Positions 19,560-29,893 of a DNA stretch of 64,000 bases are shown here, piece after piece. A program made the position numbers and the translations under genes. The notes under the pieces are model-generated. The model was not told where the DNA came from, made no database searches, and saw nothing but the letters and a program-made list of their open reading frames with translations. The stretch's first letter is position 1. Every line of letters begins with the position of its first letter. Source of the DNA: Nitrospirales bacterium (GTDB lineage: Bacteria; Nitrospirota; Nitrospiria; Nitrospirales; UBA8639); contig CBDBCZ010000019.1 in NCBI GenBank assembly GCA_965203295.1, positions 1,888,001-1,952,000 on the forward strand, in the 5' to 3' direction.

Positions 19560-20473
19560 TTATTGCCGTTCGACAAGAGGATCAATGGTAAGAGGTCGAC
19601 CGAGTGCTTCAAGGCCAAAACGGGGAGGTCTCATGACAGTATGAGCCGTTCAGCGCCCAACGGGCGAAGGAAGTTTAAAATGAACAATGAGGTCTTCACC
19701 TGGTTTTATTATCACTCTTTTCTTGATCTCTTGTTTAATACTAGGATACCAAGCCCGAAGGTTATAAGAGCCTGGTGGAATGTGATCAATGAAAAATTGG
19801 CCTTTTAGATCGGTCATCACATAATAGGGATTGTCAACCGCAATGGCCAAACTTTCCATGTAGGCGTGAAAGCCACACTGCATCACAAAGGTCCGCCTAC
19901 CTTTTTGCAAATTAAATTGTCGAACAAGCGATTTACTCGGCTTGTGGTTATGTGTTGCGTGGAGATCTCCTCGTTGATGGCGGTGATTAAGGGCAACGGA
20001 GAGTTAAATAATATCCTCGTTCCTTGAGTTCGAGACGTTTCATAAGCTTGTATATCATGCATAACGGGGTCCATGTTTATGACTTCCACCCCATGACCGC
20101 TTCGAACAACGGTTGTAAAGGGAAGAAATTGACAGTCGCGAGCCTCCACCCGAGGGATGGAAAGAGCAAAGGGCTTTCCTGATTCAACTCCTTCTAGGAG
20201 AACAACCACATCTCCAACTTTTCCTTCTTTGTTGACGGTAAAGTCCCGCAAAAGCCTCCATCCCTCTCCATTCGAAATACGTCCACAATATTCAGGGTCA
20301 GGATAAGTCACAAGATTATAGGCTTTTTGGTCTGGTGGGGCACCTTCCAAGATTACCGTACCCCGAATGGTCCTTCCATCTGAGACGTCCTTGACTTCAT
20401 AGGCAAAAACCTGCCAAGCGGAAAGGATCATCCAACAGACCAGCAAACAACTCAGACTCGGACTATTTCGCAT
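19560..20473 (-). pseudogene. Disrupted paralog of the cupredoxin-like protein at 20487..21455
   Basis: One-base deletion near 19989 (CCCTT^AAT) and in-frame TGA at 19650-19652; beyond the stop the frame continues TAHTVMRPPRFGLEALGRPLTIDPLVERQ*, matching the paralog C-terminus. Confidence 0.85.
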
Positions 20474-20486
20474 ATGTCACCAGAAA

Positions 20487-21455
20487 TTAGGGTTTTTGTA
20501 GCCTGAGGGATGGAATGATTTCAACACCCTCGCCCAACAATTCCAATCCAAAGTGAGGATTCTCCTGCATCTCATGTACACTTCGACGGCCTTTAGGGGC
20601 CTGATATTGAAAATTTTCGGAAATGGTCGTCTTTACCTTAACACGAACCTTTTTCTCTAAATAAGTTTTCATTCCCGGATGCCAAACCGCCAAGGTGTAT
20701 TCACCGTGAGGAATATCCTTTATTTCATATTTCCCGTCTTCTTTGGTAATCGCATAATAGGGACTTTTGACCACAACTCCCCAGGAAAACATGTAAGGAT
20801 GGAACCCACATTGCATGACAAAAATATTCCGCCCCTTGCTTAAATGCATTTTTTCAATCATGGGTTTTCCAGGCAGATGCTTGTGACTATTCATGAAGCC
20901 CATGACCTTATGAAATGAGTTCATAGGGAGGGGACGATTAAACAATACTCGAGCGCCTCTGACACGGGCGGTTTCATACCCCTGGATGTCATGCTCGACC
21001 GGATCCATATTGATGACCGTGATTTCATCTTGATCTCGAAGCACATTGATAAATGGCAAGAAATCACAGTCAATGGCATCAATTTTCACTTTTGGCAAGT
21101 TGAATGGCTTTCCCTTTCTTACCTTTTTGAGCATCACAACAGCATCTTTCAAACTTCCATCCGGAGCGATGATAAAGTCTTCAACAATCCTCCAGCCGGT
21201 CCCAGTAGAAATCCTCCCACAGTACACAGCGTCAGGGATAGTTACCAAGTTGAACGCCATAGGCCTGGGTTTCTGTCCAGAAATAGTGACCTTTCCACTA
21301 ACAGTTCCTCCATTGCTAACCGTGATTTCTTCATACGACCACACTGGATTGACCCATACCAAAAACCCAAAACAAATTCCCAAGGAAGCCATTCTCACTT
21401 TCATGAACTTTCTCTCCTTAACACCGGTTCCAAAAACTATTCTGTACTCTCTCAC
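20487..21455 (-). CDS. Exported carboxypeptidase-regulatory-like/cupredoxin-like protein
   Basis: GGTVSGKV, NMDPVEHDIQ, MQCGFHPYM, DGKYEIKDIP.GEYTL.VWHP; true start probably the downstream MKVRM. Confidence 0.82.
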   Translation of the reverse strand: MREYRIVFGTGVKERKFMKVRMASLGICFGFLVWVNPVWSYEEITVSNGGTVSGKVTISGQKPRPMAFNLVTIPDAVYCGRISTGTGWRIVEDFIIAPDGSLKDAVVMLKKVRKGKPFNLPKVKIDAIDCDFLPFINVLRDQDEITVINMDPVEHDIQGYETARVRGARVLFNRPLPMNSFHKVMGFMNSHKHLPGKPMIEKMHLSKGRNIFVMQCGFHPYMFSWGVVVKSPYYAITKEDGKYEIKDIPHGEYTLAVWHPGMKTYLEKKVRVKVKTTISENFQYQAPKGRRSVHEMQENPHFGLELLGEGVEIIPSLRLQKP

Positions 21456-21483
21456 AAAAACATCTCTGCTTGAATGCTATCGC

Positions 21484-21516
21484 AAAAAAAACTGGGAAGC
21501 CGAAGCACGGCTTCCC
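21484..21516 (-). terminator. Rho-independent terminator after the multicopper oxidase
   Basis: GGGAAGCCG-TGCTT-CGGCTTCCC followed by AG-T8 on the minus strand. Confidence 0.8.
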
Positions 21517-21550
21517 CGCCTTGTTAAACCGGCACTGTCAAAACCAGGCC

Positions 21551-24500
21551 TTATTTAAACGCCACTGGCCTCGCTTGACCGTCCTCTGGCTGGGTTACCT
21601 TGGCTTCTTGAATACCAGGAGTGGCTCCGCCCAATGGGAGAATTTTTTGATCTCCTACTGGGAAAACCCTGAGGTACCCCCATTGTCCTGACTGCGAATA
21701 GGGGAGCCGGGCGTTGCCATACACATAATCCCCAGGAAGGGCATAAACCCCACCTGCGGAAGAGATAAATGCATCAATCCCTTCCGACCCCGCAAACTCG
21801 ACAACACTGATCATATCTGCACCTGGCAAGAACGGCTCGATTGGCCATTCGTGTTTTTCAAGTGTGAACATACCATTCTGTTCACTGCTGGCTCCAAATA
21901 CATGGATCCGTACCGAGTCACCGGCATGGGCCTCGATAATCGGAGTCGCAGGATCTTTGGGATCATCCACTTCGCAGGGTTCAAACATTCTTCCCAGCGA
22001 ACATCCCTGGTCTTCCCGGTACAAATAGGGCTCACTCCGGTAATTGATGCCTATCAAGCCAGCCACATTTTGTACATAGGGCATGAAACTGGTCCCGATG
22101 ATGTTGTCCTCATCTTGAAAGAAGAGGGCCACATCCCGGTAATTGGCTCGATGCTCGTTACCCTGAATCGTTCGGTCTACGATAACATCTGCCGTCCAGC
22201 TATTTTTCAAGGAGATGTCAGACCCCGTCTTGGGGTCACGATACTGAGATCCCTTGGGGCCAATAATAATGGCACCAAACAATCCATTCCGAGGGTTCAA
22301 CGCAACATTCCCCCAATCCCACACTAAGGACTGAGTCTCTCCAATGAAAGGATCAGCATAATATGTATAGGCTCGACTTCCTCCTGGAGCAATCGTTTGG
22401 TCCCTTGAATTGTTCCCCAAGTTCACTCCCTGGGAGTCTTTGGGATCAAACGCTAAACTGAAGGCAGAGAATGAAGCCCGACTTTCCTTCATTTTATTGG
22501 TGAGATTGACTTTAAGACAATCCCCAACATTGGCTCGTAAGGTAAGCGGCATGGGCTGATAATCCCCAGCCACTTTGCTAACTTCCTCTTCCAGGACATA
22601 GATCTTCGCATCGGGATTAGCCACTTCAATTTTTCTCTCAAAATCTACCTCAATGGCTTCCTCAACATTCGGATTAAATGACATCGAGGGGAAATCCATC
22701 GCGACAACGCTAAAGCTTTTTAGGGGCGCATCACTTGGACAGACCGGAAGCGGTTTTGGCATTCCCTCTCTTCCATAGGCTTTATTCGGTAAGGGCTGAA
22801 GATCAGGAACCTCCTTATCAAGAACCCTGATCAGACCCCATGATCCTTCGGAAAAGTGCGAACTTCTCCCATTATAATACATGTAATCCCCTGGCAGATG
22901 ACGAGGCCCTCCGGCCTCAGGAACAACCAAGTCATACCTCTCGGCAATCCCAATGTGAATGGAATTCTTGCGATTAGCTTCGTGAGCATATCGCTCGGTC
23001 CAGAACGTATGCCCGGAAACCGTAAACACGTTGCTTTCATTCATGGTGACATCAACAAGCCTGAACACAATGGCATCACCAAGATACGCACGTACGGTCA
23101 GAGTACTTGGATCCCCGTGCACCTTACTACTAAAGATTTGGGAGGCATCTGGATTGTTGGCCAAGCGTTGAGCAAAAGGCTCGGCCCTGAAATTAAACGC
23201 CCCACCCGTGGTATGCGTCCCCCCATTGAGGAATGGCATCGGGGTCATTTTGATTTTTTCGTTCGGTGGCATAATGAATGAAACGGTTCGCCCGGCTTCC
23301 AAAGCCACTTCAATCGGTTGACCTGGAGGATTTCCAGCTGTCACAACGTTCACCGTATGGGGAACAGTATCCATAATATGGACCATCAGTTCACGGAAAC
23401 TACCTGCCACATCATGACCTACCCGTTCGATTGTATGAATATCAGCCACCGGACCTGTTCGAGTCGGCTTCCCAGTCTTCGGGTCATGCCAAGTCGACCC
23501 AAACGGCTCAATTAAGAAGGTACAGACGGCACCATGAGGCCAAGTCGTTCCACCAAACGCGTGGTCATGGCAGAACACCGAGCCAACATCGGCATCCGCC
23601 CAGAACCGTTGACGAACAAATTCAACGGTGACAATATCTCCCACTGGATGATCATGCTCGAGGGATTTGGCAAAAGTAAGTGTCTGTCCCCCACCTCCTC
23701 CAGTACTTGTTCCTCCCGTTGATGGAAATGTTAAGGACTGTCCAACGAAAATAAGATTTTTATTCTCAAGCCCGTTTAACTCCGCTAAGGCATTAACCGT
23801 TGTCCCATGAGCACTGGCGATTTCCCCGAGTGTATCTCCGGGTTTAACCGAATAGTCACCTCCACCGGTAGAGGCAGATGCGCCACCTGAACCACCGACG
23901 GCCACAATCCGACGAATCTCATTACCTTTAACATTATCCGCACCGACCAAAATTAACGTGTCGACATGATATTGCTTCGCATTGGTCACATGAATCGTTC
24001 TTTGGCCTTTCTTCGCCGCCTGGGTGAATTTGGCGTTCATTGGGACGGGCAACCCCTTCTTCTTTTCTTTTTCGAACATGGTGAAGGGCCTCATCGATTG
24101 CTCGTAAGAAAAACCAGAGATCACGCCGTCTGATGCTTGATTGTCAAACTGGACAAAATGGAAATGGGTATTGATTTTGGAGGATTGGAAATTCGTCACA
24201 TCATCGTCCGGCCATTCACTGGTCAGGGTCCAATCCATGCAATCGTAAACGTTGGAACGGAAAACCAACGGATATTTCAAATCATTATTCGCCCGAATGG
24301 CTTCCTCCTCCTCATGAACCACATAGAGCAAACCATTGGGATCCACAATAGCCGGCTCATTCCCCTCGGCCGCTGATAATTCAATGGGCAGCTTAATAAA
24401 GTGGATGTTGTATTTCTGGCGCCCCGCTCGATCCGGACACAGGCTCCAACGCCCATTTTCTCCAGGTTCTGCGGGATCCACCGTCCGGTTGCCATCCTCA

Positions 24501-26680
24501 TCAACATGGATCATTTCAAGCCATGGGGCGGGATTATGATCTGGGGCAAAGGGAACTCGTTTCCCAAAGTGCGGTGTAATCCAAGGCCACGCAACCTTGC
24601 CGGTCACGGGTTCAAACCAGATCAAACGACGTTTCCCTGGAGTATACCCCTGCCATTCTGGATGGTATTTGGGATTTGGTCCGATTGTGGCTTCCTTTTC
24701 ACTCATGGCCCGGTTCCCATCCCAAATCCAGTCCATCACTGTGGCATCGTAGGATTTCAGCTGCCCTGTCTCATCATCCGTATGACCAGGCTTCCCCCTG
24801 GTGACGAGCTGCATTTCAACCCAATCCTTAATATTCACGACGGCAGGGTCGGATTTCCAATTACTCTTCCCATTTTCCACAATCTTAAATTTCTTGCCAA
24901 ACCAATTAACCGTTGTTCCCACTAATTGATCCGAACCTACTGGCTTCGTGATACGGTTTAAACGATCCGGTAATTCACGTAAGGGTGGCATGACGTCATT
25001 TTGAATTCCCGGGACCTGAAGTGTGTTGTACACCCTCCAATATCCCCACATTCCCGCCACATAGTGATGGGCCACATGGCAATGAAACAAAAAGTCCCCT
25101 GCCAACCATTGGCACAATCCTGATCCACACTCAGTTTCAAGATCGAGGGCTTCAGACGGACCAATGACTTCAACATCAACCCGATCGGATTTCGTCCGAA
25201 TCACAGGATACTTCATCGGCCCATTCTGGCCGGTGGTCCAGACTTGCATTTGTGTGGCCCGGGGGCTCCGCTGCCAACGAATGGAACCTCCATGAGGATG
25301 GTGGGAATGGAACACCTCCGATCCTCCATGCACGATCCTGAATTTTGCAGGATCCCCAAGGTAGCTCCTGGGAATGGTAGGGCCAGCATCACCAAACGTG
25401 TAAGAACTATAGGCCATCGATTCATCTTCAAAGCCAAAGTACTCATGCTGCACATGCATATTATTGATGCCGAACGGTTCACTCCGGTAGTTCAGCGCCC
25501 TGGCACCTGGCCGATAGGCATCTGTTAAAGGATCGCGTTGTGGAAGGAAGTCTCCATGTTTATTCACCGGGCGGAACGCTTCATCTCCCACCTCATGATA
25601 AATCAATACAAACTCACGAAAATCCGGTCCGGTCCCATTCTGAATCATCACTTGCCAACCACTTTTGGCCTTGGTGGCAGATCCGGTCCCTAAGGGCTCC
25701 CAATATTCGGACCCAGCAGGTTCTACGACAAATACGCCCATCATCCCCATAACGGTCAATTCGCGGTCATTGCTATAACTGTGGAACTGCCTGGCACCCT
25801 CTTGAGTGTCAGGGTGAATATACCATTCCATATCGATAACAGGTGACCCTTTAGTAGCAGCACCTTCCCCATCATCTTCCTCATCACTTTCCCCTGCAGC
25901 TACGGCATCGGGATTGGTGGTCGTCGCTGGCTGTCCTGTTTTACTCACCACCATATTGGAACCATTAATGTGAAGGCTGACATCCTCTCCAAATTCGAGC
26001 TTGTTCCGCAGGGTGATTTTGACGCAATCCCCCTGATTTCCACGAATCACAAGGGGCTGAATATATTGGTTTTGAATTCCATTGATCACTCCGCCTGGAT
26101 CATGATGCCCCTCACTCTCACGAGCTTTAGCATTTTTCGCTTCTTCTTCCCGCACCTTCTCAATATTTTCAGAGAGCACATACATGTACCCAGGATAATA
26201 GTCCAACCACTGATTCAGTGTAATCTCTGCATTGATAGCGGAAATATCATAATGCCTGACTGGTGCACCGGAAGGGCAAAGCCCACCCTTCATAGACACC
26301 GGCTCGACATTTCCATTAGACATGAGGAGGCCATTGGCAGGACCCCCGCCATACTGATGCATCATAGACATCGTATCGAAGGCTCCTGTTTTGTCCCCTT
26401 GATGGCCCATTTCTTTTTGCATCTGCTCCATCATCCGCTCATGCTGAAGCTCGACCATCGCGGCCCGCTCCGCTCGTCCTTCAATGGCATTCTCAGTAAT
26501 GGTTTGCCCTTTAAGCCGCTCAGCCCAATCCGGCGATTGGGTGGACATTGCAGTCTTGTGCACAACATCCGATGACGAGACGGATTCCGCTATTGCACTG
26601 CTGAAGGGCAATAGCAGCATCCCACTTACGACGGCGAAGAATATGGTTAATCCCATTATGGAAGGTTTGGAGTACAACAT
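21551..26680 (-). CDS. Giant exported multicopper oxidase (MnxG-like architecture) with inserted LysM domain
   Basis: HSHHPH, FHCHVAHHYVAGMWG, THFHF, FCHDH Cu motifs; multiple cupredoxin domains (LVIRGNQGD, LTLRANVGD, IEAHAGD); signal peptide; Met/His-rich N-terminus. Confidence 0.88.
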   Translation of the reverse strand: MLYSKPSIMGLTIFFAVVSGMLLLPFSSAIAESVSSSDVVHKTAMSTQSPDWAERLKGQTITENAIEGRAERAAMVELQHERMMEQMQKEMGHQGDKTGAFDTMSMMHQYGGGPANGLLMSNGNVEPVSMKGGLCPSGAPVRHYDISAINAEITLNQWLDYYPGYMYVLSENIEKVREEEAKNAKARESEGHHDPGGVINGIQNQYIQPLVIRGNQGDCVKITLRNKLEFGEDVSLHINGSNMVVSKTGQPATTTNPDAVAAGESDEEDDGEGAATKGSPVIDMEWYIHPDTQEGARQFHSYSNDRELTVMGMMGVFVVEPAGSEYWEPLGTGSATKAKSGWQVMIQNGTGPDFREFVLIYHEVGDEAFRPVNKHGDFLPQRDPLTDAYRPGARALNYRSEPFGINNMHVQHEYFGFEDESMAYSSYTFGDAGPTIPRSYLGDPAKFRIVHGGSEVFHSHHPHGGSIRWQRSPRATQMQVWTTGQNGPMKYPVIRTKSDRVDVEVIGPSEALDLETECGSGLCQWLAGDFLFHCHVAHHYVAGMWGYWRVYNTLQVPGIQNDVMPPLRELPDRLNRITKPVGSDQLVGTTVNWFGKKFKIVENGKSNWKSDPAVVNIKDWVEMQLVTRGKPGHTDDETGQLKSYDATVMDWIWDGNRAMSEKEATIGPNPKYHPEWQGYTPGKRRLIWFEPVTGKVAWPWITPHFGKRVPFAPDHNPAPWLEMIHVDEDGNRTVDPAEPGENGRWSLCPDRAGRQKYNIHFIKLPIELSAAEGNEPAIVDPNGLLYVVHEEEEAIRANNDLKYPLVFRSNVYDCMDWTLTSEWPDDDVTNFQSSKINTHFHFVQFDNQASDGVISGFSYEQSMRPFTMFEKEKKKGLPVPMNAKFTQAAKKGQRTIHVTNAKQYHVDTLILVGADNVKGNEIRRIVAVGGSGGASASTGGGDYSVKPGDTLGEIASAHGTTVNALAELNGLENKNLIFVGQSLTFPSTGGTSTGGGGGQTLTFAKSLEHDHPVGDIVTVEFVRQRFWADADVGSVFCHDHAFGGTTWPHGAVCTFLIEPFGSTWHDPKTGKPTRTGPVADIHTIERVGHDVAGSFRELMVHIMDTVPHTVNVVTAGNPPGQPIEVALEAGRTVSFIMPPNEKIKMTPMPFLNGGTHTTGGAFNFRAEPFAQRLANNPDASQIFSSKVHGDPSTLTVRAYLGDAIVFRLVDVTMNESNVFTVSGHTFWTERYAHEANRKNSIHIGIAERYDLVVPEAGGPRHLPGDYMYYNGRSSHFSEGSWGLIRVLDKEVPDLQPLPNKAYGREGMPKPLPVCPSDAPLKSFSVVAMDFPSMSFNPNVEEAIEVDFERKIEVANPDAKIYVLEEEVSKVAGDYQPMPLTLRANVGDCLKVNLTNKMKESRASFSAFSLAFDPKDSQGVNLGNNSRDQTIAPGGSRAYTYYADPFIGETQSLVWDWGNVALNPRNGLFGAIIIGPKGSQYRDPKTGSDISLKNSWTADVIVDRTIQGNEHRANYRDVALFFQDEDNIIGTSFMPYVQNVAGLIGINYRSEPYLYREDQGCSLGRMFEPCEVDDPKDPATPIIEAHAGDSVRIHVFGASSEQNGMFTLEKHEWPIEPFLPGADMISVVEFAGSEGIDAFISSAGGVYALPGDYVYGNARLPYSQSGQWGYLRVFPVGDQKILPLGGATPGIQEAKVTQPEDGQARPVAFK
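23723..23857 (-). other. LysM domain inside the multicopper oxidase
   Basis: DYSVKPGDTLGEIASAHGTTVNALAELNGLENKNLIFVGQSLTFP between Gly/Ser/Thr linkers. Confidence 0.92.
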
Positions 26681-26781
26681 GGACCAGCCTCCTTGAAAAT
26701 AAAAGGAAATACGTCAGAATTTTGGCAGAGAAATTTTACGAGAGAATCTTTTTTTCAAGAATCACTCCACAAGAGGAAGCA

Positions 26782-26811
26782 ACGTTACTCAAATGAAGAT
26801 ATTGATGTCAA
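26782..26811 (-). promoter_or_regulatory. Sigma70-type promoter of the multicopper oxidase gene
   Basis: TTGACA-N18-TAACGT; SD AAGGAGG before ATG26680. Confidence 0.55.
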
Positions 26812-26944
26812 GGCCAAGAGAGGCACCAGGAGTAGATCCATGCTTATCGCATCATTATGACTCATAACCTCTAAGCTATTGAATAAAGCCCTTAAATTTC
26901 GCCCATCTCGTAAAAACTTCCCTTTGTGATCCTGAATTGATCAT

Positions 26945-27784
26945 TCATGAAACAAGGGCCTTAAACTTTCTGGCAAGCCTTTGTGATACGGGACCCGGAT
27001 TGCCCGTTCCAATAAAACTTCCATTCAAACGGATAACTGAAAGGACCTCTATAGTCGTACCGACCAGAAGAAGCTCATCCACACTTTGTACCTCTTCAAT
27101 AGCGATGATCCGTTCTTCACAGGGTATCCCTTCGCTTTTAGCCAAATCGAGAACAATCTCTCGCGTGACGCCTGCTAGAATATGATCACTTAAAGGCGGT
27201 GTGAACAACTTTCCTTGATTGACAAGCATCACATTACTCGATGTTCCCTCTACAACCACCCCATCGCGAATAAAAATGGCTTCAAAGGCCCCAGCAGCCT
27301 TAGCTTGCTCTTTCGCCAAAACATTGGGAAGTAAATTGATGCTCTTCACAGAGCACCGTCCCCAGCGCAAATCAGGGACGGTGATGGCCGACACGCCTTT
27401 TGTTAATGTTTCCGTGTCAAGTCCATCAATTTGTCGTACCGTCATCAGAACAGTGGGGGTAAATGAGGAAGGAAAATTGTGTTCTCGAGGAGCAACCCCT
27501 CGAGTGATTTGAATATACACCTTGGATTCGGAGTACTGGCTCAGTCTTATGGCTTCACTCACCTTTTCCCGCCATTCAGCGAAATCCAATTTCACAGGCA
27601 ATTGAATAGCTTCCGCACTCTGAGCTAATCGATCCAAATGGGCGTCTAATCGAAAGGGACTTCCCCCATAGACCCTAACCACTTCATAGACCCCATCTCC
27701 AAACTGAAATCCCCGGTCTTCAACAGAAATCCGCACATCTTCCAATGGAAGAAATATACCATTTAAATATCCGATGTTAGGCAT
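26945..27784 (-). CDS. dat: Class IV aminotransferase, D-amino-acid transaminase-like
   Basis: EDRGFQFGDGVYEV, YIQITRGVAPREH, KSINLLPNVLAK, EGTSSN, ILAGVTR. Confidence 0.82.
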   Translation of the reverse strand: MPNIGYLNGIFLPLEDVRISVEDRGFQFGDGVYEVVRVYGGSPFRLDAHLDRLAQSAEAIQLPVKLDFAEWREKVSEAIRLSQYSESKVYIQITRGVAPREHNFPSSFTPTVLMTVRQIDGLDTETLTKGVSAITVPDLRWGRCSVKSINLLPNVLAKEQAKAAGAFEAIFIRDGVVVEGTSSNVMLVNQGKLFTPPLSDHILAGVTREIVLDLAKSEGIPCEERIIAIEEVQSVDELLLVGTTIEVLSVIRLNGSFIGTGNPGPVSQRLARKFKALVS

Positions 27785-27792
27785 GAGTCTCT

Positions 27793-28107
27793 TTAGGATT
27801 TCCCCCCGTTTTCTCGAACCTCAACCACAAACACTCGCCGATCTTCAGCCGTAAATTTCCAAGCCATTCGCTTTTGAAATTCCAAGCGGTGTGTTCCTAA
27901 AGTGAGCGCCTGGAACTCGAATGTTCGCCGACCGGAATCAACCGCATTGTTACTGGTCGTCCGTAAAAAATCATCATCAACCAAAACCATGGCCTTGGAG
28001 TCGTACGTCGGAACCCATTGTTCTCCACGGGTTCGGTCTTCCCAAAGGTGAATGGAAAATGGTTTTCCTTGTAGGACCTGAAGCGACTTCAGATTGAGCT
28101 CTTCCAT
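27793..28107 (-). CDS. Chagasin/I42 protease-inhibitor-like protein
   Basis: G..FSI.L.E..T.G..W, G...FEFQAL..G...LEF...R..W pattern. Confidence 0.6.
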   Translation of the reverse strand: MEELNLKSLQVLQGKPFSIHLWEDRTRGEQWVPTYDSKAMVLVDDDFLRTTSNNAVDSGRRTFEFQALTLGTHRLEFQKRMAWKFTAEDRRVFVVEVRENGGKS

Positions 28108-28141
28108 GCTATGATTTCCCCGATTCCTGAAAATATTTCAA

Positions 28142-28486
28142 TTAAAAAGGCCGGGATTTGGAATTTACATACACTTGCCCCTCTTCAACGTAGACTTCGT
28201 AGCTGCCTACGCAATATCCTCCCCCCTCGGTACCAAATCCGTTTCTCACATCAAATTGTAGATCGTGCCATGGACATGACACGACATGACCTTTGACCCG
28301 TCCTTTGGCCAGAGGTCCACCCTCATGGGGACAAATGTTATTGATCGCATAGAATCGACCGAAAATATTGAACAGGGCAATGGTTTTCCCCTCAACTTTG
28401 CAAACACGAGAACTTCCCGGAGAGACCTCATCAACATGGGCGACGAGGACAAATTCAGCTTTCTTCTGGGTTTTTTGATTCTGCAT
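28142..28486 (-). CDS. Rieske [2Fe-2S] ferredoxin
   Basis: CPHEGGPL and CPWH motifs. Confidence 0.92.
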   Translation of the reverse strand: MQNQKTQKKAEFVLVAHVDEVSPGSSRVCKVEGKTIALFNIFGRFYAINNICPHEGGPLAKGRVKGHVVSCPWHDLQFDVRNGFGTEGGGYCVGSYEVYVEEGQVYVNSKSRPF

Positions 28487-28573
28487 CTGGCTTAAAACCT
28501 ATCGTATAGCAATTGAAAAAATATTCATCTTCTCTTCATGCACTCCAGCTCTTTGGTTTTCGGAAATTTTCTA

Positions 28574-29068
28574 CTACATTCGAAGTGTAAATTTCAGCTC
28601 ATTTCCTGAAACAACCCCTTCACGCTTGATAAACCCGCCGTTGGTTTCAATGAGATATCTCGCATTTTCTGGTGGAGGACCATACCATGGGCAGGGGTCT
28701 TTGGGGCAAGGTACCGCATCTTCTATTACATAGACGATTTGCTTGCTCTCATCCACCCAAATGAGATCGACGGGGAATCGAAACTCCTTTGTCCATACCT
28801 TATACGGAGCGGAAGTTTCAAAAATGAACAGGAGCCCCTCATTTTCAGGCAGGTATTCACGAAAGGCCAGGCCGAACAGAAGCTTTTCTGGTGTGTCCGC
28901 CACTTCAGCCTTCAACTTGGCTCCACTGGGAAAGGCGACCTCAATAATCTCAGTTTGATTAGGAGAATTAAAAAGCAAGGCTCCACTGATTAACAGAAGA
29001 GCCATAAGAATCAGGAAAATAATTCGCTTTTTATTCGGTGGTGATTTTGAATCTTTAGGAAATACCAT
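28574..29068 (-). CDS. DUF192 protein
   Basis: AEVADTP...GL.FR..L....GLLFIF, FPVDLIWVD, YLIETNGG. Confidence 0.88.
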   Translation of the reverse strand: MVFPKDSKSPPNKKRIIFLILMALLLISGALLFNSPNQTEIIEVAFPSGAKLKAEVADTPEKLLFGLAFREYLPENEGLLFIFETSAPYKVWTKEFRFPVDLIWVDESKQIVYVIEDAVPCPKDPCPWYGPPPENARYLIETNGGFIKREGVVSGNELKFTLRM

Positions 29069-29450
29069 AGAACCCCTTCACACCACCTCAACAAGTGAAA
29101 CCGATTGTACGGGAGTCAATCCCATAAGAAATCTCAGCCAGAAAACCAGAAGTACGAATTCTTCATTCCTAACTTCATTTTAACTTGACGAAAAGGAATC
29201 CATAAGCTTGTCTGCTAATCTCGCATATCTGTCGGCGCTTCTTTTAAACGGGGAAGAGCATCAGAAAAAATGGCCTTGCCAAATATCGTTATATATTATG
29301 AAAAAACTAAACATTTTTCAGTTGACTGATGCTTGTGAATGTGAATAATTCATCGTATCATGATGGAGAAGCATTTGACACGATTCGATACCAACAGATA
29401 AGGATTAGAGAAAGGTTTTGTTGTCAACTACATGATAAGGAGGTCTTCCC

Positions 29451-29789
29451 GTGAAAACAAAATGGACCCACATCCACATCCTCCTCCTCACCATTGCATT
29501 CTCCGGACTTGATCTGGCACCAGCGAATCCTACATCTATTTCTTCGACAATTGACAGGTTTGTCGCGAATCTTTCCATGAAAGCGAATCATTATTATTGG
29601 ATCATCAACGATACCACCACTCCAACCAAGAACGAATTAATCATAGATATTAATACGGTTATCACCAAAAAAGCGGGAGATCAACCGGATGAAAGCCGTT
29701 TCTTGCTTCTTCTAGTTAATGGAGAATTGTTTGGTGCTCAGAAGATTCCGCTTGGGGCGCATGTCGATTGTGGGGATGAAGTCGTATAG
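29451..29789 (+). CDS. Exported hypothetical protein
   Basis: GTG start with SD AAGGAGG, signal-like N-terminus. Confidence 0.65.
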   Translation: MKTKWTHIHILLLTIAFSGLDLAPANPTSISSTIDRFVANLSMKANHYYWIINDTTTPTKNELIIDINTVITKKAGDQPDESRFLLLLVNGELFGAQKIPLGAHVDCGDEVV

Positions 29790-29815
29790 AAAACTTTCAT
29801 TGTTGACTGTTGGAT

Positions 29816-29862
29816 AAAAAAAGCCCTGTTTCCATAGCCATGGAAACAGGGCTTTCTCTTTT
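29816..29862. terminator. Bidirectional rho-independent terminator
   Basis: AAAGCCCTGTTTCCAT-AGCC-ATGGAAACAGGGCTTT flanked by A and T runs between convergent genes. Confidence 0.88.
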
Positions 29863-29893
29863 GGGGTTACCCCCAATGCCTGATTGCACCAAC

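Noticed and set aside
26802..26811. FNR box at TTGATGTCAA
   Set aside because: Spacing does not fit TTGAT-N4-ATCAA, and it is explained by the -35 hexamer
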